A DNA stretch of 63,159 nt, filler included, from Hausera hauseri (taxonomy: Eukaryota), in NCBI GenBank assembly GCA_046269625.1. It is 11 parts of 11 records of this genome, joined end to end, with 100 filler letters (N's around TTAATTAATTAA, not from the genome) between each part and the next. Parts side by side here need not be neighbours in the genome. Positions count along the whole stretch, not along the records: positions 51,329 to 63,159 come from JBJURY010067772.1; 10 more parts are not named here. One strand, given 5' to 3'. Below, one piece after another: positions 51,329 to 63,159 of this stretch. The position numbers and the translations under genes are program-made. Position 1 is the stretch's first letter, and every line of letters starts with the position of its first letter. Under the pieces are notes generated by a model, which worked only from the letters and a program-made list of their open reading frames with translations, searched no databases and was not told the origin of the DNA.

Positions 51329-51440
51329 GAGAACATGCAAACTCCACACAGAAAGGACCCAGATCGCCCCACCCGGGGATCGAACCCGGGACCTTCTCGC
51401 TGTGAGGCGACAGTGCTACCCACCGAGCCACCGTGCCGCC
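51329..51440 (-). mobile_element. tRNA-derived SINE (V-SINE type), 5' part
   Basis: GGCGGCACGGTGGCTCGGTGGGTAGCACTGTCGCCTCACAGC (A box), GGTTCGATCCC (B box), TGTGTGGAGTTTGCATGTTCTC (V domain). Confidence 0.9.
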
Positions 51441-52489
51441 ATTTTATTTCTTATGTATGCCAAAAAGGCTGGATTCACGTTTTGTGTGAATATAGAAAAA
51501 TATAGCCCCAGCGCCTCCTGCTATTTAAAGTGAATATCGGTGCCCTAATTTAATCAATTGTTATCGATTTTTGGTAAATCCTTACCCGTTTCGCCAATTA
51601 AAAATCACGAGCTACGATTTTTGACGCTTGCTGTTCATTAATCAAAGGTAAGATGTGTTGTTTGCGACGGGTGCAACCTATTTTTATGTCCTGTACGAAA
51701 ACGTAAACAGCATGGCTTGCATTTTGAGGAGTAACGTTAGCAGCTTGTACTGAAATGACGCGTCGAATAACAAACGAACACGATCGCGTTTATATTTGCT
51801 TTCATATCTGTGTCATATTCATGTTGACCCACGTTTAATGTTTCAGTCAGCCAGATCAGGTTGTTGTATGTTGTCATTAATTCGACTTGTGGTTAAAAGA
51901 CGTGATGAATAATGAACCCACGTGGTCATTACTCGTATTACTGTGTACGATGTTATAACTTACATGCTACGTTTAATTAACCAGTCTGTTTTATAGAATG
52001 TTTTGTGTGCATGTTCTTAACGTGATACATTTGTAATTTTTTTGACTTGTGGTTAAAATACATTAAAAATAATGAATGGACGTGGCCATTTTTGGTTTGG
52101 CGACAAACAGTTTCATGTGGAATCTAGCAGGACACACACACACACACACACAGCTTCTGCTTTGGATCTGAAGTATATTGTTATTAATTATTATTATTTA
52201 TATAGGATCTTTATTACTTATAAATATAAAATATTTATAAGCAATATAAAAATAGCTTTGTAATCAACATGTTCATTATTTATGTATACTTATAATTGTT
52301 ATAAATGTGTTGGGGAATAGCCAAAGTGACCACTTTAACACCCTGTTATAGAAAGGTGTCACACATATGTTGAGTCTCCACAATCCTCCTTTATAGACCA
52401 AAGTTTGTTTATAGCATGCACCCTGCAATATCAGTATTTGCATCACAAATACAAGTATTTTATTTTTGGTAGGTCAATATGCAAAATAA

Positions 52490-53040
52490 AGTGGTGTTCT
52501 TTCCCAGGAAAATCTGTGTTGCGTTTCACAAGGGACCACTCGGATTTCTGCTCCAGGAGCCGTCTCAAGAAGTCCGACGGATCAAGGATGACCCCATTCT
52601 GCAGGACAAGTCTGCGTCCATGAGGGTGCGTGAGAGGGCTCTGACTGTGGTCCGTCAGAGAGGTGATGGCTCAGACCGGACAGAGGTGCTGGGGCAATAC
52701 ATCAGGTGGCTTTTGGAGAATGATGTGGGGTACACGATGTATCTCATCTAGAACTTCCAGAAGGAGGAGGCTTCAGGGGATTGTATGGGACAGCCTACAG
52801 ATATGTCTACCAAATTGTAGCAAGGACAGCCTACAGTCATTTGAGCATTATGCTCTCAGTTTTGGCCCACCAAGAGCACCTGGAAGGAGATTATGGGACA
52901 GCAGAGCAGACTTCATCATGCAGAAGAGCTGCATCCAAGGAAACGTATGTACAAGCTGCAGCAGTACCTGCAGAAGAGGCAGCAGTCTGCTCTCACGCTT
53001 ACTGCTGAGCATGCCCCGAAGGCCCTAGCTAAACCTGTGG
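52490..53040 (+). pseudogene. Remnant of a fish transposon-associated multicopy ORF
   Basis: EVLGQY..RWLLENDVGYTMYLI, WDSRAD and RMYKLQQYL, recalled from multicopy teleost uncharacterised (DUF6729-associated) proteins; frameshifted. Confidence 0.45.
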
Positions 53041-54540
53041 GTAAGTTATTTTATTTATATTCACATGTTTCTGTATGTTTACCATGAAATGGTATTTTAT
53101 ATTTTATCTGTATATGTTTAATGCTTGCAATTAATCTTAAATTGAACAAACTGATTCTTATTGTTTTCAACTGTTGTCAGTGCCATAGCGACGAGGATGA
53201 AGAACTGGGAAGAGTGATGTTGAGCATCTCGCCCTCTAAACTTCAAGAGCGGAGCTGTTAGTACACTGTTATCATACACTGTAATGTCAGAATTCATGGA
53301 TTCATTCAGTGTCTGTGTGTTAGCAGTTACTGTGCCAACATTTGCTGCCACACCAGTGTCACCAGGATCAAAAACATGTTTTTGAAATAAAAGGTTTCAG
53401 GACTGGAGTACCTTTGTTTTACATGATTAATTCTCTTTCAATACTGAACCTTGTCTTCAACGGTTCTTTTGTTTGTGTTCTGGCCATGTTTCTCTAACAA
53501 AATGGATGTGTTTTGGCATTATAATCATTCTCTTTAGGACTATGAATTGATTCCTGCCATGATGAGCTGATTCGAACATTAGTGGGGGTAAGCATTTTTG
53601 TTTTCCATTTGTGCTGTGTTGAAAGCAAATGAAGCAGCTTTGGGTACTAACACGGACATGCATGCTTCCTCCTCAGACTACCGAGTAGAGTGGGTGTAAT
53701 TCTTAACTAAGGAAAGGGGTACAGTGACACAAATGGAGTCAAATAACAATTTATTGTTTTAACAGAAGATTACTTGCTCATGTTCATACATTACCTGGTT
53801 GGTACACAAATTTAACGACCCCCGCTTACATACCCAATTTTAATAACCACCTGACTGTATCAAGTTTCTACGCATGATTATTGAAACATTTATAATGCGT
53901 TCTTTGGGTTACATGAACTGGTATGTTTATTACCTTTGTATCAAATCCATTAAAATCGGTAGTGATTAGGATTGTGAGGTTGTTTAATGGGCTTGTGGGG
54001 AATTAGAAATTTTACATTTGCAAAACTATAGGAAACTTGAGAAGGAAGAGAATGGCGGTTTGAGTTCCTACTAACGCTGTGAATTCTGATATGCCGATGA
54101 TTTTTCTCTGTTGTAGTTCCATCTGCTGTGCTGTCCAAACCTCCTCCTGATGCACAGACTCCATTGCATTCATCACCAGTTGATGGTATAAAATACACAC
54201 AGATAAGTGATGTTTTTGTAATCGAATGTTGTGTTCGATTCAAAGATTAACTGGTTAATTTACTGTCCTGGATGTGGTTCCAGCCACACAATGTGTGAAG
54301 AGGAGGACGCCTCTGCCCATTCCACCAGAGTTGGCATTCCTAGTAGAGGAGAAGGCAGGCACCGTAGAAGCAGAGAGGCCTAATGCAATTCCAGGTATGT
54401 TTCCATCTTGGTGTAGGGCCAAAGTTTAATTTGACATTAGCTTCGTCATCATGTCTGGACAAATGTGCAACAGAACGACTTCACTCCTTGGGACCCAGCT
54501 TTAGTTCTGCTAGGGATATTTGGTCTGGTGGTCTTAAACT

Positions 54541-54606
54541 CTGTAAAGCTGCTTTGTGACAATGTCGGTTGTAAAAAGCGCTATACGAATAAACTGACTT
54601 GACTTG
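54541..54606 (+). mobile_element. L2-type LINE/SINE 3' tail
   Basis: TGTAAAGCTGCTTTG..TGTAAAAAGCGCTATA..AATAAA followed by (GACTT)n. Confidence 0.8.
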
Positions 54607-56114
54607 CACCCCTGTATGCAAGGTGAAGATAATTTAATATGAATTATCTTAATATTAGTGTAAGATTTTTCCATAATTCTTATGTATTTCCACGTAAACT
54701 ATGCAAGCTATAATGATGAGGGTAGTAATGACCACATTTTTTTATAATCTAGCTCCCTCCGCTCCAACTCCGCTGCCTGGCCATGACCATGACGTGAGCA
54801 ATTGGAACTGTTCTCAACACCAGAAGCTGTGGACGAAGACTGCGCTTCAGGATCTCGGACTCTGGCCTGGGTCTTGCCCAGTGTGGAACATAAGAAACAC
54901 CATTTCATTGTGGCGTCTTCCTCCACAACCCAAGCTGATAAATGTGTTTTATTGTGTAATTGTTTAATAATTCGATCCTCCATTTTGCACAGTGTTTTTA
55001 TTTACTAATTTATAACTTGCTTGTTGCAACTGACAATATAGCAATAAATAAAATGAACCGTTAATCAAAATATTATTTGTCAGCCTTTTCCTTATCAAAC
55101 ACAAATGATACATGATCTTATGTTTACGGTCACATTTAAGACATGCACTAAATTGTTATATCATTTAAAATTTGGTTACACAAGTTCCATGAATAGACAC
55201 AAGTTTATAAGCATCAAATGCTCAGGTGGTACTTAAAATGTCAATGGGGTTAAAAAGCACAAAAAAAAAACTGAAAAACAGCTTTCCATTAAACTCAATA
55301 AAGTAATCAACAAACTGTCCTATCATGTATTCATTTAATCGATCAATTAAATGCATTTTGTAATGTGGTTGGTAATTAATTGAATCACATATGTATTTAC
55401 CTATCATGATTATTATCACTATCCCTACTGTGTGTTACCTCGGACAATGCCCTACCGTCGCTTCGCTACTAGGTTTGTCGTTAAATTGGATTGAAACTAT
55501 GGTTACCAGTAATGCAGAACGGAGGAAAGAAAGGAAAGAGAATTGGCAAATTTAGGTGGTTTACTACTCCGATTATATTTAACCTTAAAGTTATGTCCAT
55601 TAGTTCTTTTTAACAGACAGTATAAGTATACCATTGAATACTGAATTCGACTGCATGCACAATGTTTGCAGTTATACGATTTGAAATTTGAAAGATATAT
55701 AGGCAAGTTGACTGGAGTTAATGACGTCCACTTAGGTAGGTATTAACTGTGTGAATGTGTTTGTCCACTGATGGACACATGACCTGTCAGACCCATCTCG
55801 ACCCTAATAGCTGAAAGCAGTGGTAAAAAAAGTCAAAGAATGAATTTACTTTTAGTTAAGTGTATACAGTAGATCATTATATAAATTATTGCTAATATTA
55901 AAATATTCATATAAATGTTATTGTACACTTGTTAAGTCAAACAAACAACTATTTTGAAAGGTGTATTTGGAAAATTAAAGTCTCAAATAAATGATAAGTG
56001 AGAAATTAGTTAATTATTCATGCATTTAAAAATGCTATAACTATAAACAGACAAAATGCCAAATAGCATTCAGTACAGAAAAGACACAGATATTTTGGAC
56101 ATCTCTTAAGGGAA

Positions 56115-56600
56115 TCATGTCAACACTGTGCATGCTTTTAGGCCAACCTTTCCTGTCAACACAGCTGTGTGAATGACGGCTTCGTGGTATGCCACACACA
56201 TGTCTCGACCAAGGACAATATCATAGGTATGCCCAGGTCTCCAAAATGGGTACAAGATTGACAGCCTTTCCAGCATCTTCACTGTGAAGCAGTCTAAAGA
56301 TGGTGCCGTTCGAGTGGTCAAGTCACATGTGACAAGGATCAGGTGACGGACCTCAGAGTTGTTTAACAGTCGTGCCAAACTGAATGGAGAAGTATACCAC
56401 ACTATTAGGCACCTATAAGTCACTAGTGAGGAGAATGGTTGGTTCTCACAATCACATTCCCTTGAGTTGATAACACTGCAGGCAACCAGGTCTTGCATAC
56501 ATGTGCATATATACAGACTGCATTCACGTAAGCTGACCAGGGTGAACTGAGCTCGCAGAAGTACTGACATGACCATGCACATTAGAGACAATGGTCTCAA
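56115..56600 (-). CDS. C21orf62/EPCIP-like secreted Cys-rich protein (possibly truncated)
   Basis: Signal-like N-terminus. CTC..DL..C..CDC, LIVWYTSPFSLARLLN, FTVKMLERLSI and GLKACTV parallel C21orf62 as recalled (CSC..DC..CNC, LTIWFTDTSALGHLLN, GLKRLRI, ALKSYSI). The start codon is uncertain. Confidence 0.55.
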   Translation of the reverse strand: MRPLSLMCMVMSVLLRAQFTLVSLRECSLYICTCMQDLVACSVINSRECDCENQPFSSLVTYRCLIVWYTSPFSLARLLNNSEVRHLILVTCDLTTRTAPSLDCFTVKMLERLSILYPFWRPGHTYDIVLGRDMCVAYHEAVIHTAVLTGKVGLKACTVLT

Positions 56601-57339
56601 TGCAGCCCATATTGCCCAGAAATATATTCAACAGAGGCACAATGTTCGTGGGAATGTCATTCAAGAATACTACATATATTAGCAGAGCTCAGACAATTTG
56701 TTTGTTCATACTTCTAGGGTCATTAAGAGAAGCTTTATGAACATGATGTGAAAAGAAATATCTAAATCTTGGCCTATGTCTGTTGAAAGCCATATCAATC
56801 TCAGTGAAATATCACTTCCAGATACTTTTTGGTTTGAGGTTACTACGGCATGTCTAATTTCATCTGCAAAGATAACAAAGACATAAACAGAAAAATAATG
56901 CCCAATGTTAGATTGTTCTGCACACTGACTGCTTAACAATGTGAATGTTATTCACAACAAAACATTATTTTCTACACATCCCCAAGCTGTTTTAGATATC
57001 TTGAACATAATTGATTGTGAATGTAACTGAGCGTTTAAAGAGTTGGTGACCCACTTACCCACCGTTCCACTCATTTTTAATACTAAATATATTTGTATAC
57101 ATTTTCCGAACCAGGCCCCTACACTTCAGTACAGAACAATGCTGCCCTCGTGTGGACAATATGTATCAACTGTTTATTCATTTAGCATCTTGCTAACCTA
57201 ACCTAGAAATGTAAAAATGTAGGGACGTTTGATTGTAAGATCGTTGGACATTAGCGTTGATATTACAGTTTATTTCACCATTTTGTTATGCTTGTAATGT
57301 GTATATTACATACCAAATAATAAACTGTAACATTTAATA

Positions 57340-57650
57340 GACTGTAATGCACTGTACCATTTATTGCGGTCCGTAATGGACTGTGCCACTTATTGCGATT
57401 CATAATGGACTGGGACTGTGCCACTTATTGGAGTCATTAATGGACTGTACCACTTATTAGGGTCCGTAATGGACTGTACCACTTTTTGGGACCTGTAATG
57501 GATCGTACCACTTATAGGTGTCCGTAATGGACTTTACCACTTATAGGTGTCAGTGATGTACTGTACCACTTAATGGGGTCTGAATCGGACTGTACCACTT
57601 ATTAGTGTCTGTAATGGATTGTAGAACTTATTAAGCTCTGTACCACTCAT
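57340..57650. repeat. ~31-bp minisatellite (GTAATGGACTGTACCACTTATTGGGGTCC-like)
   Basis: About 10 diverged units. Confidence 0.9.
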
Positions 57651-57653
57651 CAG

Positions 57654-58372
57654 GGACAATTTCATAGGTATGCCCAGGTCTCCAAAATGGGTACAAGATT
57701 GACAGCCTTTCCAGCATCTTCACTGTGAAGCAGTCTAAAGATGGTGCCGTTCGAGTGGTCAAGTCACATGTGACAAGGATCAGGTGACGGACCTCAGAGT
57801 TGTTTAACAGTCGTGCCAAACTGAATGGAGAAGTATACCACACTATTAGGCACCTATAAGTCACTAGTGAGGAGAATGGTTGGTTCTCACAATCACATTC
57901 CCTTGAGTTGATAACACTGCAGGCAACCAGGTCTTGCATACATGTGCATATATACAGACTGCATTCACGTAAGCTGACCAGGGTGAACTGAGCTCGCAGA
58001 AGTACTGACATGACCATGCACATTAGAGACAATGGTCTCAATGCAGCCCATATTGCCCAGAAATATATTCAACAGAGGCACAATGTTCGTGGGAATGTCA
58101 TTCAAGAATACTACATATATTAGCAGAGCTCAGACAATTTGTTTGTTCATACTTCTAGGGTCATTAAGAGAAGCTTTATGAACATGATGTGAAAAGAAAT
58201 ATCTAAATCTTGGCCTATGTCTGTTGAAAGCCATATCAATCTCAGTGAAATATCACTTCCAGATACTTTTTGGTTTGAGGTCACTACGGCATGTCCAATT
58301 TCATCTGCAAAGATAACAAAGACATAAACAGAAAAATAATGCACACTGTTAGATAGTTCTGCACACTGACTG
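57654..58372 (-). pseudogene. Near-identical ~720-bp duplicate of 56213-56931 (3'-truncated C21orf62-like copy)
   Basis: Direct repeat at offset 1441 with few substitutions. Confidence 0.9.
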
Positions 58373-58399
58373 TGTGCAGAACTATCTATTATCTTATTG

Positions 58400-58790
58400 G
58401 ACCATTACAGAGCCCAATAGGTTGTACAGCCCATATATAAGTGGTAAAATCCATTACTGACACGTATAAGTGGAGTCCATTGCTGACAACTATAAGTGGT
58501 ACAGTCCATTATGGAGCCCACTTATAGGTGTCAGTAATGGACTTTAGCACTTTTGTGAGGTCAGTAATGGAGTGTACCTCTTATAGGAGTCCGTAATGGA
58601 TTGTTCCACTTATAGGTGTCAGTAATATACTGTACCACTTAATGGAGTCAGTAATGGACTGTTCCACTTTATGGAGTCAGTAATGGACTGTACCACTTAT
58701 TGGGGTCCGTAATATACTATAGCACTTTTGTGGGGTCAGTAATGGACTGTACCACTTATTGGAGTCCGTAATGGACTGTATCACTTGTAT
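58400..58790. repeat. ~31-bp minisatellite, first units inverted
   Basis: 58400-58515 is in reverse orientation and 58518-58790 is forward. Confidence 0.9.
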
Positions 58791-59779
58791 TATCACTTTC
58801 CGTACTGTCGCTGCTCGGGCTTCCATTATGAATTGCATTGAAACACTACCGAAAACTTCTGCGTCAGCGCTGAGCTCAAACCTAATACCTTTTAAATATT
58901 GTTCTCTCTCGGACTGCGTTCACCCGAGAAAATTGCCCCAGAATTATTAATATTCTTTTCCCTAACAAAAGGTAACCTCGGGCCTTAAGGTCACCCTGCT
59001 ATGTGGCTTTAGGTTATCAGCTTTTTCTAGCGGGACGTGCTTGCTCGTCTGATTAAAAGCAGGGCTCTCATGCACTTGTGGTGACGTCAGCTTTTTATTG
59101 CGCTAGACTCACTGGGATTTGGAGTTCCCGCATTAATAATTCACAATTAAATAGAATCCTTTCATTCAGATGAAAGAAAGACCTGGACTGTCTCTCCTGA
59201 GTATCTAACTCAGCACCCATTGAGCCAGAGTGCTACACTTAAAGCTAAGAATTCACTTTTGTTTGTTTAGGCAAAATGGATTATGCAGAAAGTCACAGAA
59301 CTGCATTATATTTCTGTCTAAATGTAATTATTCGGTGTGCTCCAAAATCAGGCTTGAATTGTACGTGTATCATGCTTCTAGTTACCAGAGAAAAAAAAAA
59401 CGTTTAACCTTAAAATGATTCGTATCAGTATACCATTAAATAGTTAATTTGACTGTGTGCACAATATTTGCAGAGTTAGAATTGAGTAAACGCTGATCCG
59501 CTTGAATGGAACCAAAAACTCTCACTATATAATGGCGAAATAAATATACTTGAATTTCAGATTTCGGTTTGTTAAACCCGCTTTATAAACCACCCCCAGT
59601 AAAGCGCCGTTAATGTAAATATGATGTTTTTGCATCATATTTACATTTAATTTAATTTGCTTTATTTTAATATTACAAACCACCACTGTGTGGCGACACT
59701 TTCCGTACAATGTCAGATGTTCGCTGTGTCACAAACGATTCTTTTCCGATTCATTTCATTCATTTGACTTTTAATTTGC

Positions 59780-59915
59780 ATACAGGAAGTGACGTCATTT
59801 CCTTTCCAGTTTTTTTTTGTAGCGTGGAACAATTTAAATCGTTAGTTCGCACGTGTTGGCGGTTTCTTTTCCTGCTACGTAAACGCTGGCCCGGCCGAAA
59901 TGTTAAGTAAGTCAC
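59780..59915 (+). promoter_or_regulatory. Possible housekeeping promoter and first exon
   Basis: GGAAGTGACGTCA (ETS-CRE composite), locally CpG-rich, followed by a GTAAGT donor at ~59906. Confidence 0.4.
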
Positions 59916-61009
59916 TATTGTTCTACGATAAACTTTTAAAATGTGTTTTGTTTGATGAGCTCTTTATGGATTTAAATGAAATTTAAGTCTTATCATATAA
60001 CTAGAATCAAATAGGAGAACTTGTTAGAACTTGTGTTTGTGCAAACGTGACCCTTGGCTTTTCTTCATCTATAATTACCCTTTCAAACAATTATCCAGGA
60101 AGTTAAAATTCCACAAAATATTTACTATTTTAAATTGTTACCCATGTCTGCTATGTACCTTGTTTGCTCACTACCTAAATAGCCTTGAAGTTGCAATCTC
60201 TTCCCCACAAGCTACAGTGGTATTAAAAATCATGTCCTAAATCCCACCACCAGAAGTAACAGAACGGGTTTAGATTTATTTGATATAAACACCACCATGG
60301 CTCCGTTTGTGGTGTTTTTTTTGTAGGCACAGCTGCTCCATGCTAAAATGTACTAACTTCAATGTTCTCACGCATGCACAGATGTTGTATGAGATCTAAA
60401 ACTACTGACACATCTCGGTGGTTTACTTTAATAAATATTATTCCAAAATTATGCCCTTATATTAATCTAATGATTAATTATTAACTCCTCACTAAGCTCA
60501 TAGCTTTGGTTGTGCTTTCATAACAAAATTTAACATTTAACAAACATGTTTGGATTCTCTAGACATATGAGCTGGTCACATTCAAGTGAAATTTATTTGA
60601 AAAAAAAAAAGAGAAGCTTCTATTAAAGAAATGCGTAAATGTAGAAACACATTTTGTTCTATTTTTTTTCAATTTTCTAGATTATTCTTCTGGCTAATTT
60701 ATTGTATGAATGTTAGCTTTCTGGTTACCTTTAACCCTAAATATATGACATTCTATTCAATTTAGTTTGACCCCAGCATATTAAACCTCTGAAATGATCA
60801 TTAATATTGTTAACAAAGTTTGTCACAGATTTTAGATGTTCATTACTTAAATGGCCAGAAAATACAAGTCTACCAACTCCCTTGTACATCCAGAATACCA
60901 GTTACTCAGCTAAAATATCCTGATCGCCATTAAATGATATTCAATGGATGGAGTTCTGAAACGCTCCAATGCTGATATGCTTTGTACCTAAAAGGTAGTC
61001 TCTGCCATC

Positions 61010-61340
61010 TAACCCTAACCCCAAACATAACATTAGCTACAACCCTAACCCCAGGTTCAGCCCTGATCCTTGCTTTGAACGTAACACTAGCTCAAAATCT
61101 ACCCCCGTAACCCTAACATTAGCTCTAAAATTATCCCCAGCCCTGGCCCTAGCCCAAAAACCGACCCTAGCTTTGGGCAACCTTAACCATTGCCCAACAG
61201 TATCCATAGCTCTCACACTACTTTTTGCTTAAACTGTTAACCAAGCTAAAACAAAAATGGATATTTCTTAACTTTAACCTTAGCTCTAGCAGTAGCCCTA
61301 TTGCCTTCAATTGTAACATTAGCTATAACCCTTACAGTAG
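61010..61340. repeat. Degenerate (CCCTAA)n-like low-complexity tract
   Basis: CTAACCCTAACCC and many diverged hexamers. Confidence 0.6.
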
Positions 61341-61924
61341 TTTACACTAATATTATCTCTTACCCTATCCACAGTGCTTATCAGGACGTTTAAGGGTAAC
61401 ATGCTCCAACTCCCACCTGATCCACCTCCTCCATGCTATGAAAGAGATTTGAGTTATAAACACTTGACTCTGAAGCATCACCATCCAAGCTAACCATCGT
61501 CTGGAGAAGCACTGTGAGCAGAACTAGCCAGTACATTTGGCTTCGACAGGATGACCCACAACCAGCTTTAACCAGGTTAGAATTAAGCTGACACAGATGG
61601 TGAACTGTTTTAATAGTATGTTGATGATTAGCAGTTTTAAAACTGCTGAGAAGAAAGTACATTCTTTAAATCTGTAAAACACACACACACACATTGTAGA
61701 TCATTTCTTCCTCCTACAGTAGCTTTTTTGTTTCTTGGACATGACTTTACAGCGCATCTGGTGGGCCCTGGAACCATTTGTTCAGACACATATATGCATG
61801 CACGCATGTATTTTACCTTGTATATGTTTGTTTTATCTCTCTATTGTGTGACCTATGAATGTTCTATTTGTATATTGTGTGACTTATCAATGTTTTCACA
61901 GGAACCGTTTATTCCTGCTTTATA

Positions 61925-62048
61925 GCTCGGTGGGTAGCACTGTCGCCTCACAGCGAGAAGGTCCTGGGTTCGATCCCCGGGTGGGGCGATCTGGGTCCTC
62001 TCTGTGTGGAGTTTGCATGTTCTCCCCGTGTCCGCGTGGGTTTCCTCC
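61925..62048 (+). mobile_element. tRNA-derived SINE (V-SINE type), truncated
   Basis: Near-identical to 51329-51435 in the opposite orientation. Confidence 0.9.
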
Positions 62049-62959
62049 ACAACACAGAGAAGAATCTGTGCTGCTTTGTTTCTTTATTTATTAATATTTA
62101 ATATTAAAGACCCACCGGGTCGGCTGAAGCGAGGCCAGCTCTCCTTTGGGCTGGTCATCCAAGTGCTGCGGTGAAAGTGTCTGTTTCTTTGCCGAGGTCT
62201 GTTGAGAAAAAAAAAAATTGTCAGTGACACAAAAGAACGAACATTAAAACGGAAAAATAGAGACAGCAAGAATAAAAATACAAAATAATTAAGATTGCGG
62301 AATAATCGATGCAAACGGACAAAAGCAGGCACGAACACACGGAGAGAGAAGATGAGAAATTCCTACAGCCCTCGTGGAATTTATTTACAAAACACCAAGA
62401 AGCCACCACGTCATCTGCTGGCGTTGAAATCATTTAGCGCCATGACGTTGTCTTGTTCTTCAGCCGTGGAAAATAAAAATCAGTGGTTGTTGCCATATAA
62501 TAGAAGATGTCGGCCAATTCAAAAAACAAGCCAATTTGTGGTGAAAATGTTTTGAGAAGGCTTTGCGCAGTCCATCATGTTCAAACTAAGTTATTTTGTT
62601 TCTGCCAGATTGTCAAATCTTGGTGAAAATTGATTGTTCGTAATTAAATCAGGTTTAATCTCTCTCCGTCTATCACTTTAATTTTAACGCCAAAATCGGA
62701 TTTAAATGATCTAAAAAGTCCAGGACTGGCTGAGCTGTTCAGCGTCCTAACTGGCAACGTGTGAAAGTTCGATTGTTAAACAACTCCGAAGCAATGTGAA
62801 TTTACATGAGTACTGAACCATTCTCTATGAAGAGTGGTACTAACCACATCATATGTTCATGTTTTCCGATGGCCAAAGAATATATGGTCCTTACTCTATC
62901 CTTGGGTGTATTGTAAGGTACTCAAGCGGTTCTACATATGAATTAATAACCAAGAGCCA

Positions 62960-63100
62960 ATGACCAAGACCCAAGAACTGATCTGTTTTGTAGCTGCTTC
63001 AGTTATTCTGGTGCCATGGCATGGAACAATTTACCAAAGCAGATTAAATCTTGCAGCTTTAGCACATTCAAAAACAAACTATACTCATATGTTAAACTAT
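62960..63100 (+). mobile_element. CR1/L2-group LINE ORF2 C-terminal remnant
   Basis: FSYSGAMAWNNLPKQIKS..FKNKL matches the WNxLP..FKxxL motif. Confidence 0.7.
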
Positions 63101-63159
63101 TATAATTATGTCTGCCAGATAAGTAGACTTGGGTTACAGACAGCCAACAGTGTATATGA

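Noticed and set aside
51329-51440. tRNA gene (also 61925-62048)
   Set aside because: The A and B boxes run into a SINE V-domain, with no proper acceptor stem.
55420-55480. Helitron-like termini
   Set aside because: CTAG is present but there is no convincing hairpin or A/T target site.
57340-58790. ~31-bp repeats as a CRISPR array
   Set aside because: The units are contiguous and diverged, with no unique spacers or cas genes, in a vertebrate context.
61010-61340. True telomere
   Set aside because: The tract is highly degenerate and interstitial.

Overview
This window is not one locus. It is 11 eukaryotic contigs joined by artificial 100-nt N-TTAATTAATTAA-N linkers: 1-4429, 4530-8730, 8831-13590, 13691-19435, 19536-24106, 24207-29285, 29386-36764, 36865-41480, 41581-45656, 45757-51228 and 51329-63159. 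Most contigs come from an AT-rich, fast-evolving eukaryote and carry decayed mobile elements: CsRn1-like Ty3/gypsy elements, Polinton/Maverick pPolB copies, a mariner and an ingi-type LINE. They also carry disrupted host-gene fragments (PPIP5K, INTS2, SZT2, PDZ). Contigs 7 and 11 look teleost (degenerate ERV, V-SINE-type SINEs, L2 tail, C21orf62-like gene), which suggests a parasite-plus-fish-host assembly (inference). Highlights: (i) a trypanosomatid-ingi-like 5' signature with an HDV-like ribozyme fold, next to an ingi-type LINE; (ii) a probable LTR-element family, present twice, with a Pro-rich RING-finger ORF ending at the polypurine tract and a ~2.3-kb LTR, one copy inserted into a Polinton polymerase; (iii) a conserved -1 frameshift heptamer plus pseudoknot with a compensatory base change; (iv) an in-frame INTS2-SZT2 chimera. 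All family assignments come from motif recognition by eye; no searches were run.
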